A stretch of 64,000 bases of DNA from Patescibacteria group bacterium (GTDB lineage: Bacteria; Patescibacteriota; Patescibacteriia; Patescibacteriales; UBA12465). The first letter of the stretch is position 1. Every line of letters starts with the position of its first letter. A program made the position numbers and the translations under genes. Below, piece after piece: positions 19,433 to 28,012 of the stretch. Where the stretch lies: positions 9,359-73,358 of the forward strand of contig JBAZTY010000004.1 in NCBI GenBank assembly GCA_041661685.1. Reading direction: 5' to 3'. The notes beneath the pieces are model-generated. The model was not told the DNA's origin. It made no database searches and was given only the letters and a program-made list of their open reading frames with translations.

Positions 19433-19735
19433 ATGAAAAAGATTATTTTTCTGAGCGCAATGCCCTGCTTAGCAATAAGCGGTTGCAGCCTGCCAAAAAA
19501 TAACCAAGCTAATAACGTAAAGAGTCCTAATGATGGAAGCGGTCTCCGAGAGGAGCAGGTTTTAGAAGCGACTAGTACAGAAGAGCCGTCTTTATCCACT
19601 ACAACAAAAACTTGTGAAAAGTGTATATTATATTCTTCTCCGGCTCCCGGTTGGTGCAAAGATGGAACCATCGTTCCGCCATTAAGAGATGAGTGCGGTT
19701 GCCTGGGACACCCGACTTGCATTTCAAAAGATTAG
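19433..19735 (+). CDS. Small lipoprotein with Cys-rich C-terminal module, function unknown
   Basis: Lipobox LAISGC after a signal peptide (MKKIIFLSAMPCLAISGC). Six Cys in the last 40 aa (CEKC...WC...CGC...C). Preferred over the mirror ORF 19417..19722(-). Confidence 0.65.
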   Translation: MKKIIFLSAMPCLAISGCSLPKNNQANNVKSPNDGSGLREEQVLEATSTEEPSLSTTTKTCEKCILYSSPAPGWCKDGTIVPPLRDECGCLGHPTCISKD

Positions 19736-19762
19736 ACAAGCAATTCAACCTCTCCACAAATT

Positions 19763-19792
19763 AAAAAATAAGGCTCTTCGGCCTTATTTTTT
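19763..19792. terminator. Bidirectional rho-independent terminator between the lipoprotein gene and convergent yidC
   Basis: AAAAAATAAGGC-TCTTCG-GCCTTATTTTTT, with an A-run and a T-run flanking a 7-bp stem. Confidence 0.75.
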
Positions 19793-19816
19793 GTTATCCC
19801 CAAATTTTATTCAATA

Positions 19817-20566
19817 TTATTTTACGATCGCGCCCTCAATCGTTTTATTGCCCTCATCTTTCTTTCCTTTCTTCCGGAAAGTGACCAGTTGCTGCAAGAC
19901 GGTTACCAGGGTTAAGACGAACCAATAAAGGGTTAGACCGCCCGGCAGAGAGATGCCGATAAAGATAGTTATCGCCGGCATGAAATATAGCATCTGCTTA
20001 TTCATAATCGCCGCCATATTCTCATCCTTGGCGCCTGCTGTTTTAACTTCCGGCTTCTTGGTGATCATCATCTTGGCTTGCCAGAACTGAGCTAGTCCGG
20101 CTAAAACCGCCAAGACTATATTCGGCTTGCCTAAATCTAAAAATCCGAACGAGATAAGATTAATCGTTTCCGGCTTAATAATAAAAGAATAGACGTACTC
20201 CAGTTTATTATTCACTCCGTCCTGAAAAACCCGATAGACCGCGAATAGGAACGGAAGCTGAATCAAAAGCGGCAAGCAAGAAGAGAAGGGATTAACCTTA
20301 TTTTCCTTATACAGATCCATGGTCGCTTTACTTAATTCCGTCTTGTCAGTATATTTCTTCTTCAGCTCATCTATCTTAGGCTGCAAGTCCTGAAGAGATT
20401 TCTGAGATTTAATCGAGGAGCGCCCCAAAGGCCAAAGCAAAGCTTTTAAAATAATGGTCAAGAAAACGATTGCTAAACCAAAATCGTGAAAAGAGACCGT
20501 ATTATACAGATAAACCAAAAGGTTCAAGATCGGTTGATAAAAAATAGTCGTAAAAATATTGGCCAT
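19817..20566 (-). CDS. yidC: Membrane protein insertase YidC (short, Gram-positive/Oxa1-like form)
   Basis: 249 aa with about 5 TM helices and a YidC-type N-terminus (IFTTIFYQPILNLLVYLY). Sits in the conserved yidC-yidD-rnpA-rpmH string. Confidence 0.9.
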   Translation of the reverse strand: MANIFTTIFYQPILNLLVYLYNTVSFHDFGLAIVFLTIILKALLWPLGRSSIKSQKSLQDLQPKIDELKKKYTDKTELSKATMDLYKENKVNPFSSCLPLLIQLPFLFAVYRVFQDGVNNKLEYVYSFIIKPETINLISFGFLDLGKPNIVLAVLAGLAQFWQAKMMITKKPEVKTAGAKDENMAAIMNKQMLYFMPAITIFIGISLPGGLTLYWFVLTLVTVLQQLVTFRKKGKKDEGNKTIEGAIVK

Positions 20567-20612
20567 AGGATTGTTTAATTAATTATGTCTGCCTTATTAG
20601 TTTACCACAAAT

Positions 20613-20870
20613 CTATTTAACCGGGTCATTGCCACCCTTGTTCCAGGGATTACAGCGCAAGATGCGCCAGCTAGTCATCAACCCTCCTTTTATAATACCG
20701 TATTTTTCAATGGCTTCAACCCCATACTGGGAACAGGTGGGATTGAATCGACAGAATCCATGAGGATAGGCCGCTTTCAATGGTCCGTGATCAAAAGAAA
20801 GAGTCCTCTGATAAAACTTTATAGCTCTGACCGCTAATCGGCGCGGAAACTGAGTGATAAATTCGTACAT
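20613..20870 (-). CDS. yidD: Membrane protein insertion efficiency factor YidD
   Basis: Conserved [19 protein letters not shown]...RILRCNPW motif. Confidence 0.9.
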   Translation of the reverse strand: MYEFITQFPRRLAVRAIKFYQRTLSFDHGPLKAAYPHGFCRFNPTCSQYGVEAIEKYGIIKGGLMTSWRILRCNPWNKGGNDPVK

Positions 20871-20887
20871 AAATATTTAGTATTAGC

Positions 20888-21229
20888 TTATTTATATAAT
20901 TTTAATTTTTTTAAACCAGAAATAATACTTTCTTTGATTTCTTCAAAGTTTTTCTCTAATATTTGCTGAAAAACTATAATAACTATATCCTTGCCATTTT
21001 TTAAAATAGGCAACTCTTTCTGAATAATCTCTCTAGTCTGGCGCTTAACCTTATTCCTTATCACGGCTTTTTTGCTAACTTTAGTGCTAACTAACACTCC
21101 TAAACGAATAGCTTCTAGGCTATTGTCAGCCGCCTTAATACCGAAAAGTTTTGTATAAAAAGATTGACCGGTCTTAAAAGCTCGGTCAAACTCTTTATCT
21201 TTGGTTATTCTATTGCTTTTCTTTAACAT
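20888..21229 (-). CDS. rnpA: Ribonuclease P protein component
   Basis: 113-aa basic protein with the RNR-like motif (KKAVIRNKVKRQTRE), located directly downstream of rpmH. Confidence 0.85.
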   Translation of the reverse strand: MLKKSNRITKDKEFDRAFKTGQSFYTKLFGIKAADNSLEAIRLGVLVSTKVSKKAVIRNKVKRQTREIIQKELPILKNGKDIVIIVFQQILEKNFEEIKESIISGLKKLKLYK

Positions 21230-21247
21230 CGGGCGTGTTAATAACGC

Positions 21248-21385
21248 TTATTTGGTTAATTTCTTGCGGCCCTTGTCGCGGCGGCGCTTCAAGACATCCC
21301 GGCCATCCTTAGTGCTCATTCTTTCGATGAAGCCATGTTTTGTTTTAGCCCGTTTCTTATTAGGCTGATAAGTCCTTTTCGGCAT
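21248..21385 (-). CDS. rpmH: 50S ribosomal protein L34 (not in supplied ORF track, 45 aa)
   Basis: Hand translation of the minus strand gives [45 protein letters not shown]. This is the canonical L34 sequence in the canonical position upstream of rnpA and divergent from dnaA. Confidence 0.9.
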   Translation of the reverse strand: MPKRTYQPNKKRAKTKHGFIERMSTKDGRDVLKRRRDKGRKKLTK

Positions 21386-21596
21386 AAGATCAAATTTAAT
21401 TTATTATTCTCCTTTAAGATAACACTTTTATTTGCTAGAGTCAATAAAGGCTTAAAAATCTTTTCTTGAAAGTTATCCCCCGATTATCAACATATCGTAA
21501 ACAGAAGGCAAACTTGTGGTAAACTAGTTTATCTAATATAATAAAGCTGATATAAATCTGTAATAAATATCCGCGAACGGGATACTAACCACTACT

Positions 21597-23021
21597 ATGA
21601 CTAGTGAACAAATTTGGCAAGCCGTCTTAGGAGAAATAGAATTAAGCTTATCCAGAGCTAATTTTGTTACTTGGTTTAAAGATACTTTTATATCTTCTTT
21701 CGAAAATGATCGCATCATCGTCTGCGTCCCTAATGCCTTCGTTAAGAAATGGTTAGAAGAAAAATATCATAAAAATATTCTCAGCGCTTTAGAAAGCGTC
21801 ACTAAACAGAAAATCCAGGAGATTATCTATAAGATAGAACTGCGACGCGGCCCTGTTCCGATATTGCTCGTCGATAGGCCGGAAGAGAATGAAGGCGAGA
21901 ACAGCTCAGCCAATCATCCGGAAAAGAAAAATACACCAGCCGGCCATAACAATCCGAATGGTCCAGCGCCGGTAAGCAACTCCGTCAATCAGCACGGCCT
22001 TAATCCGCGCTATGTCTTTGAAAACTTCATCGTCGGCCGCGGCAACGAACTCGCACACGCTGCTTGTCTGGCAGTCGTTGATAATCTAGGCAAATCTTAT
22101 AATCCTTTATTCATCTATGGCGGCGTCGGCTTAGGCAAAACCCACCTTCTTCAGGCTATCGGCAACGCTGTCGCCAAGAATACCAATAAGAAAATCCTCT
22201 ACGCTACCAGCGAAAAATTTACCAATAATTATATTCAGGCCGTAAAGAGCGGCAAAGCCAAAGAATTTAAAAACCTCTACCGCAATGTCGATCTATTTCT
22301 AGTAGACGATGTCCAGTTCATGGGTGGGAAAGACGGAACTCAAGAAGAATTCTTCCATACCTTTAACGAGCTGCAACAGAATGATAAGCAGATTGTGCTT
22401 ACCTCTGATCGTCCGCCGAAATCAATCCCGGCGATTGAGAGCCGCCTGATTTCCCGTTTTGAGTCGGGCATGGTCGCCGATGTCGGCAAACCAGATATAG
22501 AAACTAAAATCGCGATATTAGAAAGGAAGGCTATCGAGAAGGGCTGCCCCCTAGACCGGGAAATTCTGGCCTATATTGCTGAACATGTCCAAAATAATAT
22601 CCGTGAGCTAGAAGGCGCCCTGATAAAAGTCATCGCTTCTCACCAATTCAAAGGATTAACCCCGAATCTGAAGAGCGTCAAAGAGATTTTGGGCGACTAC
22701 GTCTCTAATATCAAGGTCAAATCATTGACACCCAAAGAAATCGTCGAGGCCGCGGCCAAATTTTATAATACGACCTACAAGGACCTGATCGGCAAAAGCC
22801 GCAAAAAGGAATTAGTCTGGCCCAGACAGATCGCCATCTTCCTTATCAGGGAAGATATCGGCACGTCTTACCCCAGTATCGGCAACGAACTCGGCGGACG
22901 CGACCACACTACGGCCATGCATTCTTATACTAAAATCCACCACGAAGTTATCGAGCTTGGCAATGAGAAGATTAAACAGGAATTAAATTCTATCCGACAA
23001 CTCTTCAATTCCTCTTATTAG
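21597..23021 (+). CDS. dnaA: Chromosomal replication initiator protein DnaA
   Basis: AAA+ Walker A GGVGLGKTHLLQA, box VII/sensor motifs, and C-terminal DNA-binding domain (GGRDHTTAMHSYTKI). Confidence 0.95.
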   Translation: MTSEQIWQAVLGEIELSLSRANFVTWFKDTFISSFENDRIIVCVPNAFVKKWLEEKYHKNILSALESVTKQKIQEIIYKIELRRGPVPILLVDRPEENEGENSSANHPEKKNTPAGHNNPNGPAPVSNSVNQHGLNPRYVFENFIVGRGNELAHAACLAVVDNLGKSYNPLFIYGGVGLGKTHLLQAIGNAVAKNTNKKILYATSEKFTNNYIQAVKSGKAKEFKNLYRNVDLFLVDDVQFMGGKDGTQEEFFHTFNELQQNDKQIVLTSDRPPKSIPAIESRLISRFESGMVADVGKPDIETKIAILERKAIEKGCPLDREILAYIAEHVQNNIRELEGALIKVIASHQFKGLTPNLKSVKEILGDYVSNIKVKSLTPKEIVEAAAKFYNTTYKDLIGKSRKKELVWPRQIAIFLIREDIGTSYPSIGNELGGRDHTTAMHSYTKIHHEVIELGNEKIKQELNSIRQLFNSSY

Positions 23022-23033
23022 CGCGCTAATTTC

Positions 23034-23289
23034 TGTGGAATAGTCTGTTAACAACTTGTTAGATTCTTGGTGAAAAAAATTTGTATCTTGTGAACAAATA
23101 CCGATACCTAAAAGTTATTCGCAAGAAGTAAAAAAGAATAAACAACCAGGCCCAATCTTTGTCCCCAAGAAAATTAACTAAAAGGCTAACGAAAAAACAA
23201 GAAATCAAGTAAACTTAAAGTTATCCACGCCCTTATTACTATTATTAGTTTAATATATATAAATTAATAATATAATAACCATTAAACAT
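23034..23289. promoter_or_regulatory. Candidate oriC: DnaA-box-like 9-mers plus AT-rich unwinding tract in the dnaA-dnaN spacer
   Basis: TTATCCACG at 23221-23229 (1 mismatch to TTATCCACA). TGTGGAATA at 23034-23042, TGTGAACAA at 23089-23097 and TTATTCGCA at 23115-23123 (2 mismatches each). A nearly pure A/T tract spans 23236-23289. Confidence 0.6.
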
Positions 23290-24414
23290 ATGCGCTTAGT
23301 CTGCAAGCAGGAAAACTTAAAAAGAGGATTGAATATAGTCGGACACGTAACCGCTAAAAACATCAATCTACCCATCCTCAACAATATCCTGATAAAAGCT
23401 GAAGGTGGGAATATTGAGCTGATTAGTACTAACCTGGAAATAGGCGTAGTTCACCAGCTTCGGGGAAAGATAGAGACCGATGGCCAATTTACAGTCGACT
23501 CCAAACTAATTACGGAATATGTCAACTTATTAAATGGTAGCGAGAACGTCAAATTAGAAGAAAAAGAGGGGGAACTAAAGTTAGAGTGCGGCAGTTATAA
23601 GACCAAGATAAAAGGAGAATTAGCTAAAGAATTTCCGTTGATACCAGTCATTCCTAAAGACGGCTACTTCAGCTGCCAGATTAATGATTTTAAGAAAGCT
23701 CTTAATAGCGTTATATTCGCCGTATCTAATAGCGAGAATAGGGTGGAATTGACCGGCGTGCTCTTTTCGTTCTTGAAAGAGAAATTGAGTTTAGCCGCGA
23801 CCGATAGTTACCGCTTGGCGGAAAGCGAAATCGACGTAGTTAATAGCGGAGCTAAGGACGATGTTAAAGTCATAGTCCCGGCCAAGACCGCCCAGGAATT
23901 TCTCAGGATACTTAATAGTATTGATATGAGTTCCTTGGAGTCAGAGGCTGATGTCAGAATTTATATAGCGGATAATCAGATATTGTTTACGGTCGATTCC
24001 GTAGATCTTATTTCCCGGCTTATTAATGGCCACTACCCGGACTATAAGCAGATCATTCCGACGCAAAGTCAGACAAAAGTGATAGTTGAAAGACAGGAAT
24101 TAATGAGAGCGGTCAAAGCCTCAGCGCTTTTTTCAAAGACCGGGATAAACGATGTTACTCTCAAGTTTTCTAAGAACAAAATTATCGTTTCCGCTTTTTC
24201 GGGAGCGAGCGGAGAAAGCCAAGTAGAAGTAGAAGCAACCGTCGAAGGGGGAGAAAATGAGATAACTATAAATTATCGCTATCTGGTAGATGGCTTGAAT
24301 AATATCGGCGGCGACTTGGTCAAGATTGGAATTTTGAATAGTAATACTCCTTGCGTTTTGCGGGCGGAAAAAGATGACGGCTATTTATATATCATTATGC
24401 CGATAAGACAATAA
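23290..24414 (+). CDS. dnaN: DNA polymerase III beta sliding clamp
   Basis: 374 aa, three-domain clamp pattern. ATDSYRLA and INGHYPDYKQIIP motifs. Confidence 0.93.
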   Translation: MRLVCKQENLKRGLNIVGHVTAKNINLPILNNILIKAEGGNIELISTNLEIGVVHQLRGKIETDGQFTVDSKLITEYVNLLNGSENVKLEEKEGELKLECGSYKTKIKGELAKEFPLIPVIPKDGYFSCQINDFKKALNSVIFAVSNSENRVELTGVLFSFLKEKLSLAATDSYRLAESEIDVVNSGAKDDVKVIVPAKTAQEFLRILNSIDMSSLESEADVRIYIADNQILFTVDSVDLISRLINGHYPDYKQIIPTQSQTKVIVERQELMRAVKASALFSKTGINDVTLKFSKNKIIVSAFSGASGESQVEVEATVEGGENEITINYRYLVDGLNNIGGDLVKIGILNSNTPCVLRAEKDDGYLYIIMPIRQ

Positions 24415-24435
24415 TTTAAAAATAAGGACAGATTT

Positions 24436-24464
24436 AAAAACAGCCCCCGAGAGGGCTGTTTTTG
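24436..24464. terminator. Bidirectional terminator between dnaN and the convergent PBP gene
   Basis: AAAAACAGCCC-CCGAGA-GGGCTGTTTTT. Confidence 0.8.
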
Positions 24465-27293
24465 TTATTTCATCTTCACTTCTATTTCGTTGCTCTTGAT
24501 CGTGTCGCCGTTCCAGTCATTCAGCTGGGCATAAAGAAGATAGGTTCCGGCCGGCGGCGGAGTTTCCCAGAGCATGTCTATTACGGAAGAGGGATTATTT
24601 ATATCCTTGAGATTAGTCAGATTGCCGTTAGCGCTATTTTTCACGAAGACATTGATAGAGGCCGTTCTTTCTGGTCGAGATATTTCTAATTTTAGCGGCA
24701 GAGGAAACGAGCTTGAGTCGAGACTAGCGCCTGAGGATGGGCCACTTATCTTTATCGAGCCCTTGCTAACACTGACCGGATTGTTTTTGATGCTAAGATT
24801 GAAATTGACTGACGCCTCGCCGCAATTTTCTAAGCTGTCGCAGACAACCGCTTTTAGAGCATGATAGCCATTATTCAAGAAATTGACAGATTGGCTGAGG
24901 GGCGCGATTCCGGCGACGGTCTGCCAAAGATTTCCATTAAGATAATATTCTATGCGGCTGATATTATTAGCCGCTGTTACTTCTACTTGGACATCAAGAT
25001 TGTTCGAGGAAATAGATTGATTAGCGAGCGGAGAGATTATTTTTATTACTGGCCGATTAGCGGAAATAACCGAATCTGACGCTACTGGCGTCGAGGTGGC
25101 ATTCTTTTCTGCCCATTTTTTAACAGCGTTTTCCCAAAGATTAAACTGCGGGTCTTTCGCTGGATCATTGGGAACTGGGCCGAGCGGGTCGTTTTTGTCT
25201 ACATAATATAAAATATTATGATAGGCCGGGCCAATTCGTTCCCCGATTAACTCAAATGGCGTCGAACTGCTGGCTGGCAGCCCGGTGGTTATATCAACAG
25301 GAAAAGTTTCAGTCGGAATAGCCCCGTCTAATATTGGTTTTCCGGTTTTGAAATCATCCGGAACCTTAAAGGTTTCAGCCGGGGTATTTCCTAAGACCTT
25401 AGCCATGAAATCGTGCCAAATCGGAGCGGCCAGAACGCTGCCGTCAGCCTTACCCTTCATCGCTTTATTATCGCTATTGCCGACCCAGACGCCAGCGACG
25501 AGCGACGGAGTATAGCCGATTGTCCAGGCGTCATGAAAATCATTAGTAGTCCCGGTTTTAGCGGCGACCGGACGATCGCCGAGGGTAAGAAAGTTCTTAG
25601 CGCCAAAGACATAAGTTCTAGCTGCATTATCGGATAAAATACTGTTTATCATCCTGACTACTTTTGAATTCATCACCTTTTTTTCGGACGGTTGATATTC
25701 TTCCAAGATATTTCCATTCTTGTCCTCGACTTTCAGGATGCTAACTATCGGGCTGATTTGCCCGTCACGAGCGAAGGCGCTATAAGCGTTAACATGTTCC
25801 AGAAGCTTCACTTCCGCGCCGCCTAGGACCAAGGAGAGGCCGAAGCGGCTGCGCGGGTAGAGAGTCGAATAGCCCAGATTCTCCGCCAAGTCGATGACGT
25901 TGTTGATGTCGGCTAAATAAATCGCTTTTACGGCCGGGATATTTAACGATCCGGCTAAGGCCTGTCTGATCGTGACCGGCCCTAATTCCTTGCCGCTGTA
26001 ATCATGAGGAGTATAGGGGTTAGATGGGTCAGTTGAAAAATTAGTAACGACGTCGTAGAGGATAGTGTCCGGCGTATAACCTTTATCAAATAAAGCGGCA
26101 TAAACTATCGGCTTCATCGAAGAGCCAGGCTGACGCGGACGAGTCGCTACGTTAACTTGTCCATCAATAGAGTCGTCGAAATAATCGCGGCTGCCGACCA
26201 TGGCTAAAATTTGTCCGGTCTTCGGATCAATAGCAACTAGGGCGGCGTTGTTAGCACCATATTTTTCCGGATAGTCTTTGGTTTGGTTGGCAATCGCTTC
26301 TTCAGCGGCCTGCTGCTTGTACAGATCAAGCGTCGTGTAGATTTTCAATCCTTCCTGTTCCACCATCTTTTCTCCATATCTATCAGCCAGGATATCTTTG
26401 ATATACATGACAAAATGCGGCGCCGTGATATTCGTTTCTGGTCCTTTGAATTTTATTTCTTGGGCTTTGGCGGTATCACGCTCAGATTCGGAAATATATC
26501 CCTGTTCCGCCATCAGATTCAAGACGTAATCCTTTCTGCCTAGAAGTAAATCTTTGTTTGGGCCATAAGGGGAATAGCGGCTGGGAACCTGAACGATAGC
26601 CGCGAGAATCGCGGCTTCTGCCAGGGAAACATCTTTAACGTCCTTGCCGAAATATTTTTGGCTGGCCGCCTCGACGCCATAAGCATTTGATCCGTAAGGA
26701 ATCTCATTGAGATACATCTGGAGAATCTCATCCTTAGAAAATTTCTGCTCCAGACGATATGATAAAATCAGTTCTTTAATTTTGCGAGTAATCGTTTTCT
26801 CATTAGTGAGAACGGCGTTCTTGATGAATTGCTGAGTCAGAGTCGAGCCGCCGGCGCTGCGATTGAAAATTACGTTAGTTATAGCCGTCCTAACCATCGA
26901 CCAGACGCTGAAGCCGCCATGGTTATAGAAGTTTTTATCTTCTATGGCAACCGTTGCCTGCTTCACATAGTCTGGAATATCTTTTAGGGCTACTAAAGTT
27001 CTTCTTTGGTCGCCGCTGATCTCATAAAGGATATTTTCGCCGGCGCGGTCATAAATCTTGGTGCTTTGAGCGACCTCTCTGGTCATCAGTTGATTCGGGT
27101 TAGGCAGGTTGCGGGAGACAATAAATACGTAAATAATAGCGAATATTATACAAAAAAGAACAAAAAGCAAAACAGGCTTGATAAATCTGCGGAGGTTGAT
27201 TCTTTTTTTCCTATTATTAGATGATTTTTGGCTAGAATAGGAGCGCTCATCTCTCCAATCCGAAGCTCGTTTTTTTAGTTGTGGTATTGGCAT
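24465..27293 (-). CDS. Class A penicillin-binding protein (glycosyltransferase GT51 plus transpeptidase) with a long C-terminal beta-rich extension
   Basis: GT51 motifs AIEDKNFYNHGG, GGSTLTQQ and RKIKE. Transpeptidase motifs SSMKP (SxxK), SLN and KTGTT. N-terminal TM anchor. About 250 extra C-terminal residues. Confidence 0.92.
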   Translation of the reverse strand: MPIPQLKKRASDWRDERSYSSQKSSNNRKKRINLRRFIKPVLLFVLFCIIFAIIYVFIVSRNLPNPNQLMTREVAQSTKIYDRAGENILYEISGDQRRTLVALKDIPDYVKQATVAIEDKNFYNHGGFSVWSMVRTAITNVIFNRSAGGSTLTQQFIKNAVLTNEKTITRKIKELILSYRLEQKFSKDEILQMYLNEIPYGSNAYGVEAASQKYFGKDVKDVSLAEAAILAAIVQVPSRYSPYGPNKDLLLGRKDYVLNLMAEQGYISESERDTAKAQEIKFKGPETNITAPHFVMYIKDILADRYGEKMVEQEGLKIYTTLDLYKQQAAEEAIANQTKDYPEKYGANNAALVAIDPKTGQILAMVGSRDYFDDSIDGQVNVATRPRQPGSSMKPIVYAALFDKGYTPDTILYDVVTNFSTDPSNPYTPHDYSGKELGPVTIRQALAGSLNIPAVKAIYLADINNVIDLAENLGYSTLYPRSRFGLSLVLGGAEVKLLEHVNAYSAFARDGQISPIVSILKVEDKNGNILEEYQPSEKKVMNSKVVRMINSILSDNAARTYVFGAKNFLTLGDRPVAAKTGTTNDFHDAWTIGYTPSLVAGVWVGNSDNKAMKGKADGSVLAAPIWHDFMAKVLGNTPAETFKVPDDFKTGKPILDGAIPTETFPVDITTGLPASSSTPFELIGERIGPAYHNILYYVDKNDPLGPVPNDPAKDPQFNLWENAVKKWAEKNATSTPVASDSVISANRPVIKIISPLANQSISSNNLDVQVEVTAANNISRIEYYLNGNLWQTVAGIAPLSQSVNFLNNGYHALKAVVCDSLENCGEASVNFNLSIKNNPVSVSKGSIKISGPSSGASLDSSSFPLPLKLEISRPERTASINVFVKNSANGNLTNLKDINNPSSVIDMLWETPPPAGTYLLYAQLNDWNGDTIKSNEIEVKMK

Positions 27294-27414
27294 AATAAGT
27301 GTATAATTATAGGGTAATTATAACATAGACTGGGGATAATGGATAAGGGACTTGATTTATTTTGAATAATGTGTTATTATATAACCATAAGAATTAAACA
27401 TTAATCTTATATTT

Positions 27415-27924
27415 ATGAATAATGAAATGCTTACAAATGTCAACGAGGTCAAAGAGGTTAAGAAAGAGGTGCCCGAAGTAGCAGAGGAAAAGAAGATTCT
27501 TTCTGCCGAAGAGCTTACTATCGGAAACGCGAAGGTTGAGGAAATCAAGAAAACCGACGCTGAACAGCTGGCTGTCGCCACTGAAGAGTTAAGAGGTTTT
27601 AATAAAGAACAGGGAGAGGAAAAGAATATCCTTTCCGCCGAAGAGCTAATATCTTTAGCCAGCCAGAAATTGGATGAGATGCAAAAGCTGGTAGACAGCA
27701 AAAAGGGATTTCTTCGAAGAACTTTTATTAATGGCGATAAAGATTATACTAATGCAGAAGGAGCTATTATTCAAGCTCGGAAAAAAATAGCCAGCGGCAA
27801 GCTTCCGGACATGATTATGGTAAAAAATAGTACTATGAAGTTTGCTCTTGACGTTGATGTAAGCATGTTTCCTACCGAGAAGGGGAGAAACCAAAGTATC
27901 GGTAATTCACCGGCGAATCTATAA
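27415..27924 (+). CDS. Hypothetical protein with an internal duplicated acidic segment
   Basis: EEKKILSAEELTIG and EEKNILSAEELISL repeats lie about 44 aa apart. The gene has its own terminator. No recognisable domain. Confidence 0.55.
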   Translation: MNNEMLTNVNEVKEVKKEVPEVAEEKKILSAEELTIGNAKVEEIKKTDAEQLAVATEELRGFNKEQGEEKNILSAEELISLASQKLDEMQKLVDSKKGFLRRTFINGDKDYTNAEGAIIQARKKIASGKLPDMIMVKNSTMKFALDVDVSMFPTEKGRNQSIGNSPANL

Positions 27925-27946
27925 TTTTGAAAATGTTGAATGTTTT

Positions 27947-27976
27947 AAAAACCCCGCTTTGAAAAGCGGGGTTTTT
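27947..27976 (+). terminator. Rho-independent terminator
   Basis: AAAAACCCCGCTTTGAAAAGCGGGGTTTTT. Confidence 0.8.
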
Positions 27977-28012
27977 GTTTTATAATGAAGACGGCAGATA
28001 ATCCATAAAAAT

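Noticed and set aside
19417-19722. 101-aa minus-strand ORF mirroring the lipoprotein ORF
   Set aside because: The plus-strand frame has a textbook signal peptide plus lipobox, and it continues the plus-strand gene series with 5-nt spacing after the GNAT gene. The minus frame has no such features.
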